Source: Bugula neritina
Lineage: Eukaryota; Animalia; Bryozoa
Assembly (NCBI GenBank): GCA_964035545.1
Contig: OZ037766.1
Location: 15,056,722 to 15,120,721, forward strand
Length of the DNA stretch: 64,000 nt
Reading direction: 5' to 3'
Part shown: positions 1 through 50,700 of the stretch, in pieces
Layout: each line of letters begins with the position of its first letter
Position numbering within the stretch: position 1 is the stretch's first letter
Translations under genes and position numbers: made by a program
The notes under the pieces: model-generated
What the model was told of the DNA's origin: nothing
The model's database searches: none
What the model saw: only the letters and a program-made list of their open reading frames with translations

Positions 1-340
1 TATATAATGTTTGGTCACTGGCATAAGTAAATGATTTGATATCTATTTTCTCAGATTTTTTTTCAAGTGAAATCAAAAATACTGATTTTTAGTACATGTG
101 GTGCTCAGAACTGCTGCAGAAAATAATATTTGGTGATTTTTGTTTCTTTGTAGAATTTGTTAATATTTGTTTTCTCATAAAAAGGGTAACGAATGCAATA
201 AATTTCAAAACGTATGGTCACTAATGCACTAATTCAACACTTACGTATCTACGCTGGAATACAGATAATATGTAAAGTGCATTAATACATCCACAATGTT
301 TCTATATAGATAAGCTAAATGCAATTATGTTGACATTCAG

Positions 341-35628
<35,288 letters not shown>

Positions 35629-36730
35629 AATTAACTGCATCTACTGCTGCAAGGAGGCACAAGGGGGAGATGCAGCAGTGTTGCTAGAGTTATACTCTAT
35701 TAACTATCTATTGCTACGACAAACAAAGTTGATGCTACTAAGTATTAACTAGCAATACCCAATATAATTACCTGCTTCAAAGAATTGCATAATCAAAATA
35801 TATCATTTTTAGCACACTGCATTATGCTTTTATATATATACACACACACACACATGCTTGTTTTGTCATAAACTTTATTTTTGCCATGCATTGATTTTAC
35901 ATTTTATATTTTTATGAGTTGTTTTACGTGTCATGCTAGCTTTATATAGTGTATGTAATTTCAACGTTGTAGGCTAGTTAGCCAGTCATACAATTATATC
36001 ATCTGTTTCTAGCTGATAACACCATAATGTTTTTAAATAAACTAATTTACTTTATAATCATTGGTCAGGAATTATTGTTGAAAAGATTAATAGATTGTTT
36101 CAAATTTTAATTTGAACATTAGATTAACTTGACATTGTTATTGTGGATGCACGGGAAAGCCTATAAGAACGTTATAGCTCAAGAAAAGAATTATATATAA
36201 TGAGGCATTATGGTTTCTAAGTTAGAACTTTATTTTAGTTTCCAATAAATGGAAAGAATTGACAATGTCAATATTATGTTTTGAATTGAAGGCTAGTAAA
36301 AGGTACAATGGTTGGCATAAAAATACATGGCAAACCAATAACAGTGGTGATATAGTGTGTGATTAAATTATGTAGGAGGTGTATGCAGAAAAAGCAGTAA
36401 TGTGAATGGCTGCATAGGGTTTACCCCCTCTTGTATTTTAAGGAAGACAACTCTTTCAATAGTAACAAAGAGTGTTTCGGCGATCAGCATCTTACTTTGC
36501 GTCTATGTATCTTCTTTGTGGTAATTGTTGATAGACTCGAAAAGGTAATCACAAAGTCTGCTGATTTGATCGGAATATCATCTATATTACTCGTCAATTA
36601 TTTTGACACTTACTTGTGTGGTTGCAATGTAACTAGAAACTCTCGGCACAAATTAAAACAGTTAGTAAAAAGTGGAACACCGAGCATCAACATGCATTTA
36701 GATTCGGTGAACTTTGGTTTGTCTGATAAA

Positions 36731-39700
36731 ATGTTTTATTTTATACCGGCTACAATAATTATTTTGATTTCTTGGGTAAAATACAAAGGCCTAGAGCATG
36801 TTTTAATCAACTATCGATGGATTTTTGTTTGCCTATTTTTATTGCCCATATCAGTTATATACGACACGCTTTTTTTCATTAGAAGCAAATTAATTTTTCT
36901 ATTGAATGCTGCTCCAAAACAGCACGACGAGAGAGTTAAACATGTTCAAAAACAGGTTAGTCGAAGTTACGTAGTCTTACTGTAGATACTCTTACCCATA
37001 CTTTAAATTTATGCTAGCCTATTTTTATACTTGTAGTTACAGTTAAACTCGAAGTCGAAGCTAAACTAATAGTAATAGTAATACTCAATCTCATACTTGA
37101 AGTTGAATACGTATACGTTATAGTTATACTTATACCAACACTTAATTAACTTAATAACCGGTTATATCAACTCTAAGTCTTATAGAACTTTATAGTTATA
37201 CTTTAGCTTTTGAATTATAGTGTTAGATTTGGTTACGTTCTGATACTCCTACTCATAGTGATACTGATAGTGATAGTTATAGTCAATTACATTTACTGAA
37301 TTAGTCATATTGATACTCATACTGATACTGCACACTAACAGTAACACTAACCGTAAGTGTAACTGATACTGATTTAGTGTTACACTTGGTCGTACTGTTA
37401 GTGTTGCACTTACTGCTGGTTTTACTTCTAGTTTAACTTGAAGTTCAAGTTTAATTTGTTTAGTTTTTGGCACTGCATCATCATAATCATTTAATGTAAT
37501 CATTTTCATTTTAAATGCAGTGCTAATTTACACTTTACAGTAATAGAAATACTAATACTAATAGTAATGGCAATTCTAATTTTAATAGTAATACTAAAAT
37601 TGTCATTATTTATATAACTTAAATTTCTTTTTTATAAATTCATGCTGCAAAAAGTATCACTGTTAAACTTAGTAATATAGTACTAGTATCTACTAGATTA
37701 AGTATAGCACTATCATTACCAATATTATAAATAATTATAATAATATGTTACTAAAACATAATACAAAATATTATGGATATTTCAACTTAATTTTAATGGA
37801 GTTACACTAAGAGTAAATCTAACAATGCTACTTTTCCTGCTTTCACTTACTGTTGGACTAAATTGAAATGTAATAATTTAAGTTATATTTGATCTTATAG
37901 TTATAGATTATATTTTATAGTAATAGTTTTGATTGTTGTAATAATTAATATTATAGTGCTGATAGTAATATTCTTCTGTAAATTAGTTCTCAACATATTT
38001 TGCTAAAAAAATTTGAATTTTGATATTTTCTATAGTTGAATCACTTTTCAACTTTTACTCCTAGACGTGGGTGATAAAATAGACAGCATTTAAATAAGTA
38101 TTGTGCTGTTTAATTGTTGTCCTGTGGTATCTATGAACAATGTTTTATGTGCAGTATATTCCATACCAATAGTGTCAAAACTGCTAAAAAGTAATTTCAC
38201 ATTAAAATGTTTTTGGCTATAGATTTGAAATAAACTTTATGCATGGTGAATTTCTAAAAAAATGATTGTTGATGTGCTCTGAAGTATGGTGTTGATGAAC
38301 AATGGAGTAAATTTTTTCTTGAAATGCTGTACATTATTAATTCTTGTTTTGGTGTAATTTCTCACTGCTTCTAGATTTACTTAATGTATGAATGTAATAC
38401 TTTTTCTTAAAATATGCGCAAACTTCTCTTTTAGTTTTTATGCCATTAGTTTGTGGTTTATTGCTCTCCACGACTCCACTGCTGGATGAGATGCACTGTA
38501 CTAAACAGAGTGACCTAGTAATGTATTTCTGGTCTTCTCTTCTTCATGAGTTCATCATTAAATTGATGAGTAATGATTTTCTGCTCAGATTTCCTTCCCT
38601 AGCTGCAGACTCAACAACATATTATATTGTAAAAGTGACAAATTGTATTGTAGCCATGACTACGGCTGTAAAGTGTGCAGAGATGTAGGGTTTTTCTCAG
38701 CTGGATTTTGTAACTTTTGGTTCAACATTTGATTCAGAACAAAATTTTCTCATACTACAAAATTACACTAGGACTGGCGCTATTCAAAAGGCTGGATTCT
38801 GGCACTTTCCTCGAGTAGGGAAGGTTGACAGGTACCAGACCTATTTTTACTGATACTAATGTTACTGTTACACAAGAGTTGTAATAGCACGCACTTTGTT
38901 GAACTTCTATAATACTATAGACTTCAGAGCTGACTGGAAATGTCATCAGCAAGCAATCATAAATCACAGATTAATTCAAGACATGTTTGCAAAAGATTTA
39001 TTACCAAATTACATGGGCATACAATCCTCAAGCAGTTGGCGGAATATAGCTAAAATATTTATCTGTATTTTAATGCTGCATGAATTAAGTGTATCAGGGA
39101 TTCTTTAAATCTAAATGTTATTTAATTTTAGGAATCATTATTTTTGCTTACTAATCATTAATAACCTGTTCCTCCTTTATTAGATAGTGCTCTTTTTAGC
39201 ATAAACTAAACTCATTAGCATGTTTACATTTCAGCATAATTCTGGATATACATACTCTGTACTGATAAATAAACCTTATGATTGCACTAGTACAAATAGC
39301 AAATAAAGATGTATATAATGACTGAACATACAGATATTAGAGTAGCTCTATTATTGATATATTATATCACTGTAGTACATAATACAATGATATGTTCTAG
39401 CAGTTATGTATAGGAGCACATGTGGCCTAGTGGTTAGAGCACATTGTGACACAGGTGATTGGCGGTGTTGGGAAGAGTTTTGGATCATAATCACCAATTT
39501 TCTCAGTAAAATTCCTCAAACTATATTGCCAGTATGCTGAGAGGGGGGGGGGGGCTTTAAACAAATGTCGGTTATAGTATTTTCATATAGTAATGTAATT
39601 TATGAATCTTTTTACAAGTCTACTTTGTATGGTATTGAGTATAAATCATCATTGGTAAGATGTTATGTTATTGTTTCCTATATTTAATCCTGTTTTGGTT

Positions 39701-42700
39701 AATTTTAATTTTGTTTTATATTCCTCAGCTGCACAATTTCTTTGAAATGTTATGTTTTATATACACTTGCAAACCGTTCCACCCTTTTCTTTTATTGAAG
39801 AAATTCTGTCAAACATCTGCATCTTTAAAGCCACTGATATTTTTATTTCAAAGGTGAGGAAATGGGTGGAGGCTGGCAGACCCTCCAGAATGTGTACTGC
39901 TCGCCCCGGCTGGCAGAACATTAGCTTTAGAAGAGGCAAGTACAAGAGCACCCTGACCAACATTGAAGTGAATCTGATGGACATTCTGAGTGTTGACACG
40001 GAGAGGAAGGTTGTCAGGGCGGAGCCTATGGTTTCAATGGGTCAGATGACTGCTTTGCTGAACCCTATTGGCTGGACTCTTCCTGTGTTACCAGAACTGG
40101 ATGACCTCACAGTTGGTATGAGTCATCTGCTGCCCTTGCTAATGACTACCATGCTACTCTGACTCATCAACTCATCACATTTCTATATAATATCATGTTG
40201 AACTGTTTTAGGGGGGCTGATAATGGGTGTTGGAATCGAATCCTCTTCACATCTCTATGGACTGTTTCAGCATTGCTGCATTTCCTTTGAGCTGGTGCTT
40301 GCCGATGGCTCTCTTGTCAAATGCAGTAAGGTAAGGGACTGTATATCACGTCATGTATTGCTCAGTCTTTAGAGATCCTGGTGTGCATCTACACTGGACC
40401 TCTATCTACATGAGTTAGAAGGTTAAATATCTTGTGTTCAGTTGACTTATGTGGAAAGTTTCTCACTCTGGTACACCAAGGCTGGTTTGCAGGGAACAGT
40501 AGTATCAATAAAAAGCATTACAGCGGGTTACAGCTGTGTGGTGGTAGGATATTTTATATTGTGTAACATAAGCAGGTCTTCTGTTACTTACTGATGGTTT
40601 TATCAGCATATGCTGGTAATTTTATTGTATGGTTTGCTGATGAGGCTTCATTTAAAAATAATTAGAAATCAAATCATTGATTAGATGATTTTTGATGAGA
40701 TTTTGATTACATATGTTCTCTTTTTTTAAATGACTGCATTGTTTTGTGTATAGGTGCATTTCTTGTCTTAATTTCTACGTGCTTGAGGTGTAAAATGATG
40801 TCCCTGATAATATATGACAATGGCTCAATTAGTATTGGCATCTTGCCATTATTGTATCTGCTGTTTTGATAATATGACAGAGAAGATGCTATTTGATACT
40901 GATATATAATGTATGTTTATTATCAAATTTAATAGTTATTTGGCATGAAATAGAAACACAAGGATTGTGTCAGAGTATGGAGTATAATTGTTCATGTATT
41001 ACCTAATAATTCAATAGCTGGCTGCATATTATTTTTAGAGTTAACGTGAAGTTTGTTGGACTTTGTTTCGAGTGATGTTTTTCATCATTTATGTTTGAGA
41101 TTCTGGTTAAACCTCTCAGCAAATTTTAGCACTAAGAGCCCATTTTATAAAAAAATGATACAGGGTTTGGGTTTTTATTACTAGCATACAAACATGTTAG
41201 CCAATTTTCGCACAGTTTTCACGCTTTCTGTTATACTATGCATTTTTCAACATTTTATGTTTAATATCCGTAAATGTCATCTGCACAGTTTACTTATAAT
41301 TTCTAGAATGTCATACTAGTGAGTTGGCATTTTGGCTGAATCATGATTGAAATGTTGTTGTGTGCCGTAACACCACAGCATTGCCTTTTCTACCTACTAG
41401 ACTGCCTGATTCTCCTTTCTATTCTTATAGTGGGATTCATGTAACCATCCTCACACCGCTCTAGATAATACTTTGTTGCTTACAAAATAGTGTTGTTTGC
41501 AGGAAGAGAACAGTGACTTGTTCTACGCCGTCCCCTGGTCTTACGGTACTCTCGGTTTCTTAGTAGCAGCTGAAATGTCAATAATTCCAGCCAAGAAGTA
41601 CGTCAGGTTAGAATACACACCGCTGACCAGCAGGCAGCAGATTTCTAGTTTGTTCCCCGCAACTGCTAGCAGCTCTGAAAAGTTTGACTTTGTGGAAACT
41701 CTTGCGTACGACAGAGATAGCGCTGTACTGATGACTGGCCGTCTCACCGACGATTGCGAACTTGATAAGGTTTGTTACTATCAGCACCACTTGGCTGCAG
41801 CTTGGGCTTTTATTCTCCATGCAGCCTTTAACTTGTGTTAAATACAGTGTGTATGTGTTAGATCAGCAGAATAAGATAATTTTCCTTTAATAGTTAGTAG
41901 CCACATTCAGGTTATTTCAATACCTTTTTATATCCAGTGGTGTGCATTGCATACATAATTTTTATTCTCTCCATTGTCACAAATGAATTGAAAAGCGTGC
42001 CTATATGCTTGTACAGGCAGTTGGGTCCAATTCAGAATATATTTATCAGCTCTGTATGTCAGGGTAGATAAATTATAATTCAGTCGACTGCAGTAATCTC
42101 CAAATATATGAAACATTCTAGATTGCTTATTTGTATTAATTGTACCAGATAGCAAATCATAGTGTTATATTATTGTGCTCGATTTTAGTTTCAAATGTTG
42201 GAGTTATCTTACCAAACAAAGCTTTGCTACCCGGATAGGTATCTGAAAACTAAATTTATCTCTCCTATCATTTTGTATTTTTTGAAAATATCATACACAA
42301 ATATATGCAGCTGTATAGAATGTTGACAATGATTGGAATAATAGTGTGCATTCTATAATTGCCTAACAATAGGTTGAAGTTATTATTATATCAAGTGAAC
42401 TACAATATGCTTTCTTATTTTTTCAGGTGAATGCTATTGGCAGGTGGTACAAGCCTTGGTTCTTCAAACATGTTGAGGGCTATTTGCTCCGTAACAAGAA
42501 GGGGGTTGAGTATATCCCCCTCAGAGATTATTACCATAGACATAGCCGTAGCATATTCTGGGAACTTCAGGTAATGCAAATAGCTACCAGCAGTTACAGT
42601 TTTGTGCAGACTGTCACTGTTGCATACATGTCTAATGAATGACGTGGTAACTGTGTAAGCTTAATGTATATGAATGAGTATTTGAATGGAAAGCGTAGAC

Positions 42701-43892
42701 TTTACTGGATGCTGTTATTGTAGGACATCGTACCATTTGGTAATAACATTATATTCCGCATCTTGTGTGGGTGGATGGTACCCCCTAAAGTGTCCCTGCT
42801 GAAACTAACTCAAGGGGAGACTATTAAGCGTCTGTATGAGAATCACCACATGGTGCAGGACATGCTCGTTCCTATGGATAAACTGAATGACAGTCTCGAC
42901 TGCTTCCACAAACACGTCAATGTATGTACCTTACTCAGCAGTCTGAGTGTTCCCTCATGACTGTTGCTTAGTATCATATACATGTTGAAGTATGGCGTGT
43001 CTCTCTCAATTCAGAATTCACACACCTTGGATGGTAATTGATAATTGAACAAGAAGTAACTGATGCATAAGTGTTTGTAACCTGTGAATGTTTTATTTCT
43101 ATGTCAGCTGTTGTGTACAGTGTGTGTATTTCCACAAGTTTCTGTAGTATCCTGTCACTTGTGTAGGGAACACCTTGGCCTTGCCCATAGCACATTTTCT
43201 TAGTACATGTTGGAGCAAGAGTATACAGTCAATTAGCTACTGATAGCCTACCAGCCATCATATCTAGATTACTATTTGTTTTAGCTTTACCCACTATGGC
43301 TGTGTCCATTTGTATTGCCTAATGAACAAGGGATGGTCCACCCTAGAAGCTCCGCTTCATCGGAGATGTATGTGGACATCGGTGCTTACGGAGAACCTAA
43401 AGTGCCCAACTACCACCCACGAGAGACCACCAGAAAGATTGAGCAGTTTGTGTCTGATTGTGACGGGTTAGTAGAGCAATAGCAGCTTCCACCCGCTAAG
43501 ATTATTGCTGCTGACATGCTGAGATGAATATTATTTAAAAGACTCTAACCTTAGCCTGCTGAAGACTAGATTTTATAAATAGTATTTTGCAACATGACAC
43601 ATCTGCTATGCAACAGCATGCTTTACTACTCTTTCTTGCTGGTTACACAGCTTGAATAGAACATCTATCTTTTTAGCAATTTATATCAGTTCTGCTTGCA
43701 ATGACACAATTCATAGAGAATACAGTTTTGTATCACAGGTTTCAGATGCTATATGCCGACTCCTACCTCACTGAGCAAGAATTCAGGAAGATGTTTGATC
43801 ACAATCTTTATGACAAGATGAGACGAGAGTTGGACTGTGATAAGGCCTTTCCTGAGGTGTACAACAAGGTGTGCAGGTCTGCCAGGGACTAG
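36731..43892 (+). CDS. DHCR24: Delta(24)-sterol reductase (seladin-1/DIMINUTO family FAD oxidoreductase), complete, 8 exons, 516 aa
   Basis: Exons 36731-36955, 39854-40115, 40212-40330, 41503-41769, 42427-42570, 42724-42921, 43285-43466, 43739-43892 total 1551 nt. Motifs: [139 protein letters not shown]. Confidence 0.96.
37030..37970. repeat. Low-complexity, degenerate hexamer-periodic region in DHCR24 intron 1
   Basis: Runs of TAGTAA, ATACTG, TAGTTA and ATACTC-type units; no coding signature. Confidence 0.5.
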
Positions 43893-44730
43893 TCTGGTAA
43901 CAAGAGGCCACATGCAGTTGAAAGAACTTTTACTCTTTAGAGATTTATAAGCATAAATATTACCTGCATTATTGAAGATGTGCTAAGGCCAATATTATTA
44001 CGGTAATTGCTGAAGTTGCCAGATAAAACTGGCCTACTAAGTTATGTCCTCAGAAACGGCTGCCTATTGTAAAACATTATTATGGTTGTAGCGTGATGGT
44101 AACTTATGAATGAAAGGCGTGCTTTTAAATTTATAAAATTTTCAACTTCGTTTTTACTAGTTTTGGATACTTCTTCTAGAAAATTTTATTCATTAGAAAA
44201 CTTGGAATTTTATTGTCTGCTTATTAGTTTCTTAGCTTTTTTTGTTAGCTTGCTCGATCAGTGATAGCCAATCTCTTAGTTTAAGTAATTATTTAAATAT
44301 TGAAGCTCTGAGATCAATTTTTGCAACTGAATACCACATAATATTACATGAACACCTTAGAGTTGGATTTATCTGAACTCTGTTATCTATCATTTATACT
44401 CTTTTGTCTCATAGATTTTAATCTCTATGTCATTCTAAGATGTTACTATTTATAATATCACATATTTTCAAGTCTATAAATTATAAACCAGGTTTTTCTT
44501 TGCAGTTTCAAAACTCTTGCCCACAAACCACAATTCTAAAATCAGTTTAGCTGCGAATAAATTATTTTTAATTGAATGTACTCAGCATTTGTTTATACAT
44601 TACTTGTTTTAATATAATATAATAGTTTTACATAACAATTTTGTAGTTAACTAATTTAGTTAGTCAATAAAGTACACCATTTCAGTGTAACACTATGTAT
44701 AATACATATCATTTGTATGAAGTGTCATTT

Positions 44731-47700
44731 TCACTCCAGCCTTGTAGTATACCGTGTCCAAATGTAACACCATGCTTTAGAAGCATGTCGCGCCTTCAAC
44801 TGTGTAGGAAGAGGAGGCAACTCTTCCATCAGTTCGTAGGCTTGTATTTCATCAACAGATTTCATTATATGAGTATTCAGAGCTTCCACGATACTGCAAT
44901 ATATGGCAATAATAATGGCAACAGTTACAGACAGAATGAACATTTTATAAAGCTAGCTTTGAAGTACTATTCAATAAGTTTAGTCAATCAGTAAGAGGTT
45001 TAAGATATCAAAACACTTGAAAGTATTTGAGCAGGAAAAAATTGGAAACTTACAACATAAAGAATATATTCTATTCAGAGTTTGGAGATGTTGAATAAAA
45101 ATAAGTGTTTTTATTGTGTCCAGAGATAAAACCATTGCTATGCTTTATTCAATATTTCTGTAGCAATTATAAAAACATTATTTAGAATATACTTGGTAAA
45201 TATTATTTTATTTGGCAAGTGGATTTGTTTGCAATAATGATAATAGGGACCCAGTTGGCATGGTATGGCACAAGAATCAACTCCTGTATAGATTGCTATC
45301 ACATTACATTTTATAGGAACTGTTCATTTCACAAATTGAAACTTTTTGATATTCCAGCAAATACCATACCAGGCGCGTTGTAAACATGCCAACCAACTCT
45401 TTTATACTAACCTGTTCTCTGGATCTGCTGAATCTTGGACCACTGCTGCCTTGTTTAGACCAATGATTATAAAGTCGAACAGTTGCAGCAAAAACCTCTT
45501 GGTTTTGGGACTATTATATCTGAAGTGGTCACTCAGGTCTATCAACAAGTCTTGATTGATGTTGTCACGGTACTCTGCAGGCAAGTCGTCAAACGGCTCC
45601 TACAAAATGACAAATTTACAAACATGAGAAGGCTATGTGATCAGCTTACTCCATCAGAAAGGCTGTCATTACAAAGTCGCATGCATTTAATAACACTACA
45701 CTAAAGTCATGAGCTGATCGAAGCAATAAAAAATCAAGCTAACCATAAAATCTGCAGCACGGTGGCTACACCAGCTATACCTGATGTTGCTTCATAAGCA
45801 GGTCTGTCTGTGCGTACTTCAACAGCAGCCAAACATGTTTGACATGTTTAATTCCGATTTCCTGTGACAAGTACTCCGGCTCTCGACCAAATGTTTCCTT
45901 CATGTACTCGGCCAATGAATCCTCTCCTTCAATGTGTGGCGCAACAGAGAGTATGTTGATAATGACTTGCAAGTCCTTGAGATGTGCAGTGAGAACTGGT
46001 ATTCTCTGTGTTAGAGCATTAATAATGGACTCCTGGAAGTGTTTATCAAGTCTCTCCTACAACCATATTTCCTTTTCTTGATTACCCAGGCAGCAAATAA
46101 TCTAACAACTTCCTGGTAGTATTAAAACATAATTATTAGCCAAAATTCATGTCTTTCTAATATTATTTTGAATGTCTCCTAAATATAAAAGCGTGTAACA
46201 GCTGTGCTGCTCTGAGACATATATTATTCACCGAATAGACGAGTCCTCTTACAAAAAGTGACAAGTTTCACCTGCCAACCGAAAGTCACATGTTGCTGCT
46301 AAAACACTGAGTTACAGTCACACCAACCTGACTGTCACTGATGGTCTGCATCTGGTTGTGGAGATTAAAATCTTCTTGATAGACATAAAATGGCAGCTGA
46401 TCTCTGCTAAACTCAATTCTTGGTTTGTTACTAATATATCTGTGTATTACTTCTCTCTCTATAGCTGGCCAGTTGTATGTAACAGAAGTTGTCTCCCTTA
46501 ACTCATATTCACCATGAGCAAGAACCAGGTCAAGAAGCTCATCACAATTTTCAATACTGATGACATGAGAACTGTTTGCTGAAGACAATTTAATTGATTG
46601 TCTGAAACATAGAAACAAAAAGCTGCTAAATTATTGGTAAAAACTATGCAATTGTTTTACTAAATGGCACAAAACATGTATGTTATGTTGTTTCAGCAGT
46701 TTACTAAATATCTACAAAATATACAACAGACCAAATATTTCAACTTTTAAAAACTAACTCTTTTACAAGAGCATAGATTAGTCATTAGAAGTATTAATAT
46801 CAGCAATAGTAAAATCACGCCTTCATGTCACCTGTTGTCATCATATGCCAGCAACTTGTTCTGAATGTCAACTAAAAAGTTGACCAATTGGAGAGGAGTT
46901 GAGATTTGCGACGTGGTTGTGGATTTGGGAGCATGTCTGTCATACAGCAACTGAGACAAGGGTGAGTCAATGTTCATCAGAATCAAAGTTACAGTCATAC
47001 TCTCTGCAACGGAAACACATCACAATGAATTACAATGTAAGTTCAACTTTTTAGGCCTACAGGCAACAATACTACAACACCGTTATATTCAAATAAATTG
47101 ATTGCATGGCTGCATGTAAATTTCCACAATATAAAAGTTTTTCTAACCAAAAAGAAGTGAGTGCTTACATACAATATTGACTAACAATGATGTAATAAAC
47201 ACAGTAGGCCATTAAAATGGTAGTATTGTCTGTAGTTTCTCAAACAGAACTTTCCAAAACTAAAAAAATAAAGTTTTAAATGAGTAGTTACACCACGTAC
47301 TGTTAGAAGACTGAAGCATCAGATTCCAAGAGTTGATGTAGCTGTTGGTGAGCCTGCGGATGTCGTTGGCCTCTGTAGCATATTGGTCACAAAAGTCTCT
47401 AATAGTGAGACTGTCGGCCTTTGCTCTGCTGAACTTACTGTGGAACTCTCCATTCAACAGTCGCATCAGGTTGAGTATGTCAGGCAGGTATTTAAGAGCC
47501 ATCAGCTTCTCCGAGCTGTTGATGACATCACAAAGCCGAGGAGCTTCCTGTAGATAGAGTCACATGACTACTCACACTGTACAGCTAATCAGCTCTTAGC
47601 ATACACTGAGCCATACTTGCATTTTCCCTTTTTGCAACAAGACCAAGCACCAAAACAACAATCAACAACAACCGCCAACAGAAACAGCAGACATTTAATG

Positions 47701-50700
47701 TGCGATAACATCAACATAACAAGTGGAAAACTCGAAATGTACACAATTTAATGGACCTGTGCAATAGGTTCAAGGTGACTAATTAAGACTCCTTCCTTAA
47801 AAGAGGTTCAAAACAATTTTTATTCAAAGAATTAAATAGACTAGTAAAGCAGCGTAATGTTCTAGAATCTAAATTTATGACTTGTGCTTCCCACACCCCC
47901 CCCCCCCCTTCAATGGTAAAATGTCTGTCCAATGAATACAGCATAGTGTGTTACGAGCTTACCTGGCAGGTAGACACCAGTAGGTTTTGCAGGGCTGGCA
48001 CAGTTAGTGGCCGTCTATACGCCCAGAGACCAGGTGAGGCTAAAAGATTAGCTCGGTTTAGCGGCTGCCTAACCGTAGAGAGAATATCTTTAATGTCAAC
48101 AGATTTGGAAGTGTCGAGTTCTCCTTTGATAGTTTCCAAGTTATGCTTCTACAAATTGATGAGATATTCGGGTGCAACTGTTAAAATGATGAGATAGCAG
48201 CCTGAAGCTAAGCAATAGGTAATGTATGAAGTCACTGATTTGGGATTCATCTTTTAAGCAATTCAAAGAAAATAAAAGCCAAACTCTAAAATCAAATTTA
48301 AACTTTATAATATTAACGTTGACTAGGTTGAAATAATAAATCCCTATGAATCAAACAGTCACACCCAGTATCAAATAGCTGGACAAATAAAATTATTAAA
48401 TTCTTCTAAGGTTTGAGTTTTGACAAAATGGCCCATGTAAACATAGATTTGCATAGGAAATAGGAAGTGGCGTGGGTGCTGACTATTTCTTACATACCAA
48501 AAAGTGTTGCATGGCTATACTGCACTATGCTTTGACTACACAGTAGAATTCATATACTCTAAACATTTCCCGCCATATTTGAGATATACTTACTCTGTTG
48601 TTAAACACTGGCTGTATGTATCTCTCATCAAACTCTCTTTCCCACTTCTTCCTGATCTCTATAGTGTCTAGCGTGATATTCCCACCAAAATGAGAAGCTG
48701 TACAACAGACAAGGAAACATCAACTGCATGCGTGTAGTACTTGTTACCAGAGCTAATTGGACGCCATCAACAACAAAAAACCTACTGCTGAGAAAATGTG
48801 CCAAGGTAGTCTGGCAGAAAAACACCAATTTTTGACTTAGGTTCGCAACCCCGGATAAAGTTTTTTTCTCTTCTGATTATTCAAATATAGGGTCTAGGTA
48901 AGCGTTTCCAGGTGGGTGTGGACTTCTTACCCTTGAGCATTTCGAGAAATTCAAGATGGCCACCAGGCACCAGACAATTCTTTATAATTCAAATGTATCT
49001 ACCCACTGAGGCTAAATTTAAGGCTTCAATGCTTTGAAATCTTTAGAAATTAATATAATAAAGATGCATGTACCTTTATTATGTGTTTTATTGAGTAATA
49101 GGCAAATTATACCCAAGGGTAACTAAGCTAAGACTTAATCATTCACTTTTTTTAAGGTTAACTTAGCCTTGCCGTGTTTATAATTTCCTTGCATCTCTGC
49201 ATATCAGTTTGTTCTAAATTCATGAAAGGGGGTGATACTATATGCTGATTACAAATATGTCCAACAAATAAAGCTGAAAGGGGTTCTGCAAAATTGAAAT
49301 GCAACGTCATTGTCATATGAGCTAAATAGCAATTTATTTCAAACTAGCATGCCTATCAAAAAAGTTTGTTGAGCTGCCAATTTAATATTATTTTTTGTTT
49401 TAAAGTTTTAGCTATGTTTTTTAAAGTTAGAAAAAAAGGTGAACAACTTTGATAACACAACACCATGGCTTCTTAAAATAGTTTAATTGCTTTATTATGG
49501 ACACATCATTTATCTAAATATTGACTTTTTGCTTTCGAAAACTACTTTTACAATCAGCACATTTGACTTTTTCTTTAAAAACATTTGTAAACAGTTTTTT
49601 TATGAATGAGAATCTATTTCATGCTGGGGGAAGTAATACATTCATTGGAAAAGTGGTTCCCTACCTTTTTCATACCAATCCCCTTTCATTAACGTTTACT
49701 GTTAAATTTCTCCCTTTTAATGACCTATGTTGGGTGCACTGGAACATTAATGATTGAAACTGATTTGGTAAAAGTAATTAATTCTAATTTTGGTGGTTTC
49801 CTCAAAATGCTAAATGAAAAAAGTTTCCCCAGAATGTACGGGGCCTGAGAATATTGGTGGGAGAGCTGTTGAAGTCAGTCTTTGATAAAAGTGTAATCAC
49901 TAGCATGGAGGACCTTGACAAGATGTTGACTAAGATTTCAGAGAGCTGAAGAACAGCAAAAACCGTGGGTCATGTGCTTTATTAGACCATTTGTTTCCAT
50001 CAACACCCACATCATGGCTGCTGATAGAGAAGGAGACTGCGCCTTACAACTAGCAATGGAAAAGGAAATGTACTTATATCTGTGTAGCATGAAGGTCATA
50101 CCACAAGATGTAAGGATTGAATTTGTGGCTGGTAACCACACAATGCATCATAAACGCAGCCAGCTCAACGGCATCTGGTCAGACATTACCATTGAGGTGA
50201 TTTTTGTGAGATTTTGTCACAGCAAGGGAGAATCATTGGCATCACCATTAAAACTGAAATTGTCAACGTGTGGGTGTACAGCAATTCTGCATGCAACAAA
50301 ATACAGTAAGGCTTCAGTGACATCAGAGATGAGTCTGAAATAAATGCTTCCACTACTCATAAGGATGAGATGCAATCAAAAGTCCAATCTGATTTAAAGG
50401 GCAGGGAGTCTGTTAAAAGGAAGATTGAACTCTGCAATGACCCACTCAAAAAAGGGTGCACAAGAAGTTAAGAAAATGTCCATCAAGCTGGAGGTTCTGT
50501 TATACGAGATGCAATAAAAACTACACTGATGTATGGATATCAGACATAGCCACTGACTCAAGGACAAGAGAACAAGATAAGTGCAACTGAGATGAGGATG
50601 CTTTGTCACATTTACAATATAGAGTAGGAAGACTATATAACAAATAATAATATAAGGAGGAGGCCAAAATAAAAGCCATCGCAATAGGCATGAGGAGAAG

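Noticed and set aside
36431-36730. 100-codon in-frame upstream extension of DHCR24 in the ORF track
   Set aside because: It starts at a TTG and has no DHCR24 similarity. The ATG at 36731 gives a 516-aa protein with the expected N-terminal hydrophobic segment. An in-frame ATG at 36692 cannot be fully excluded.
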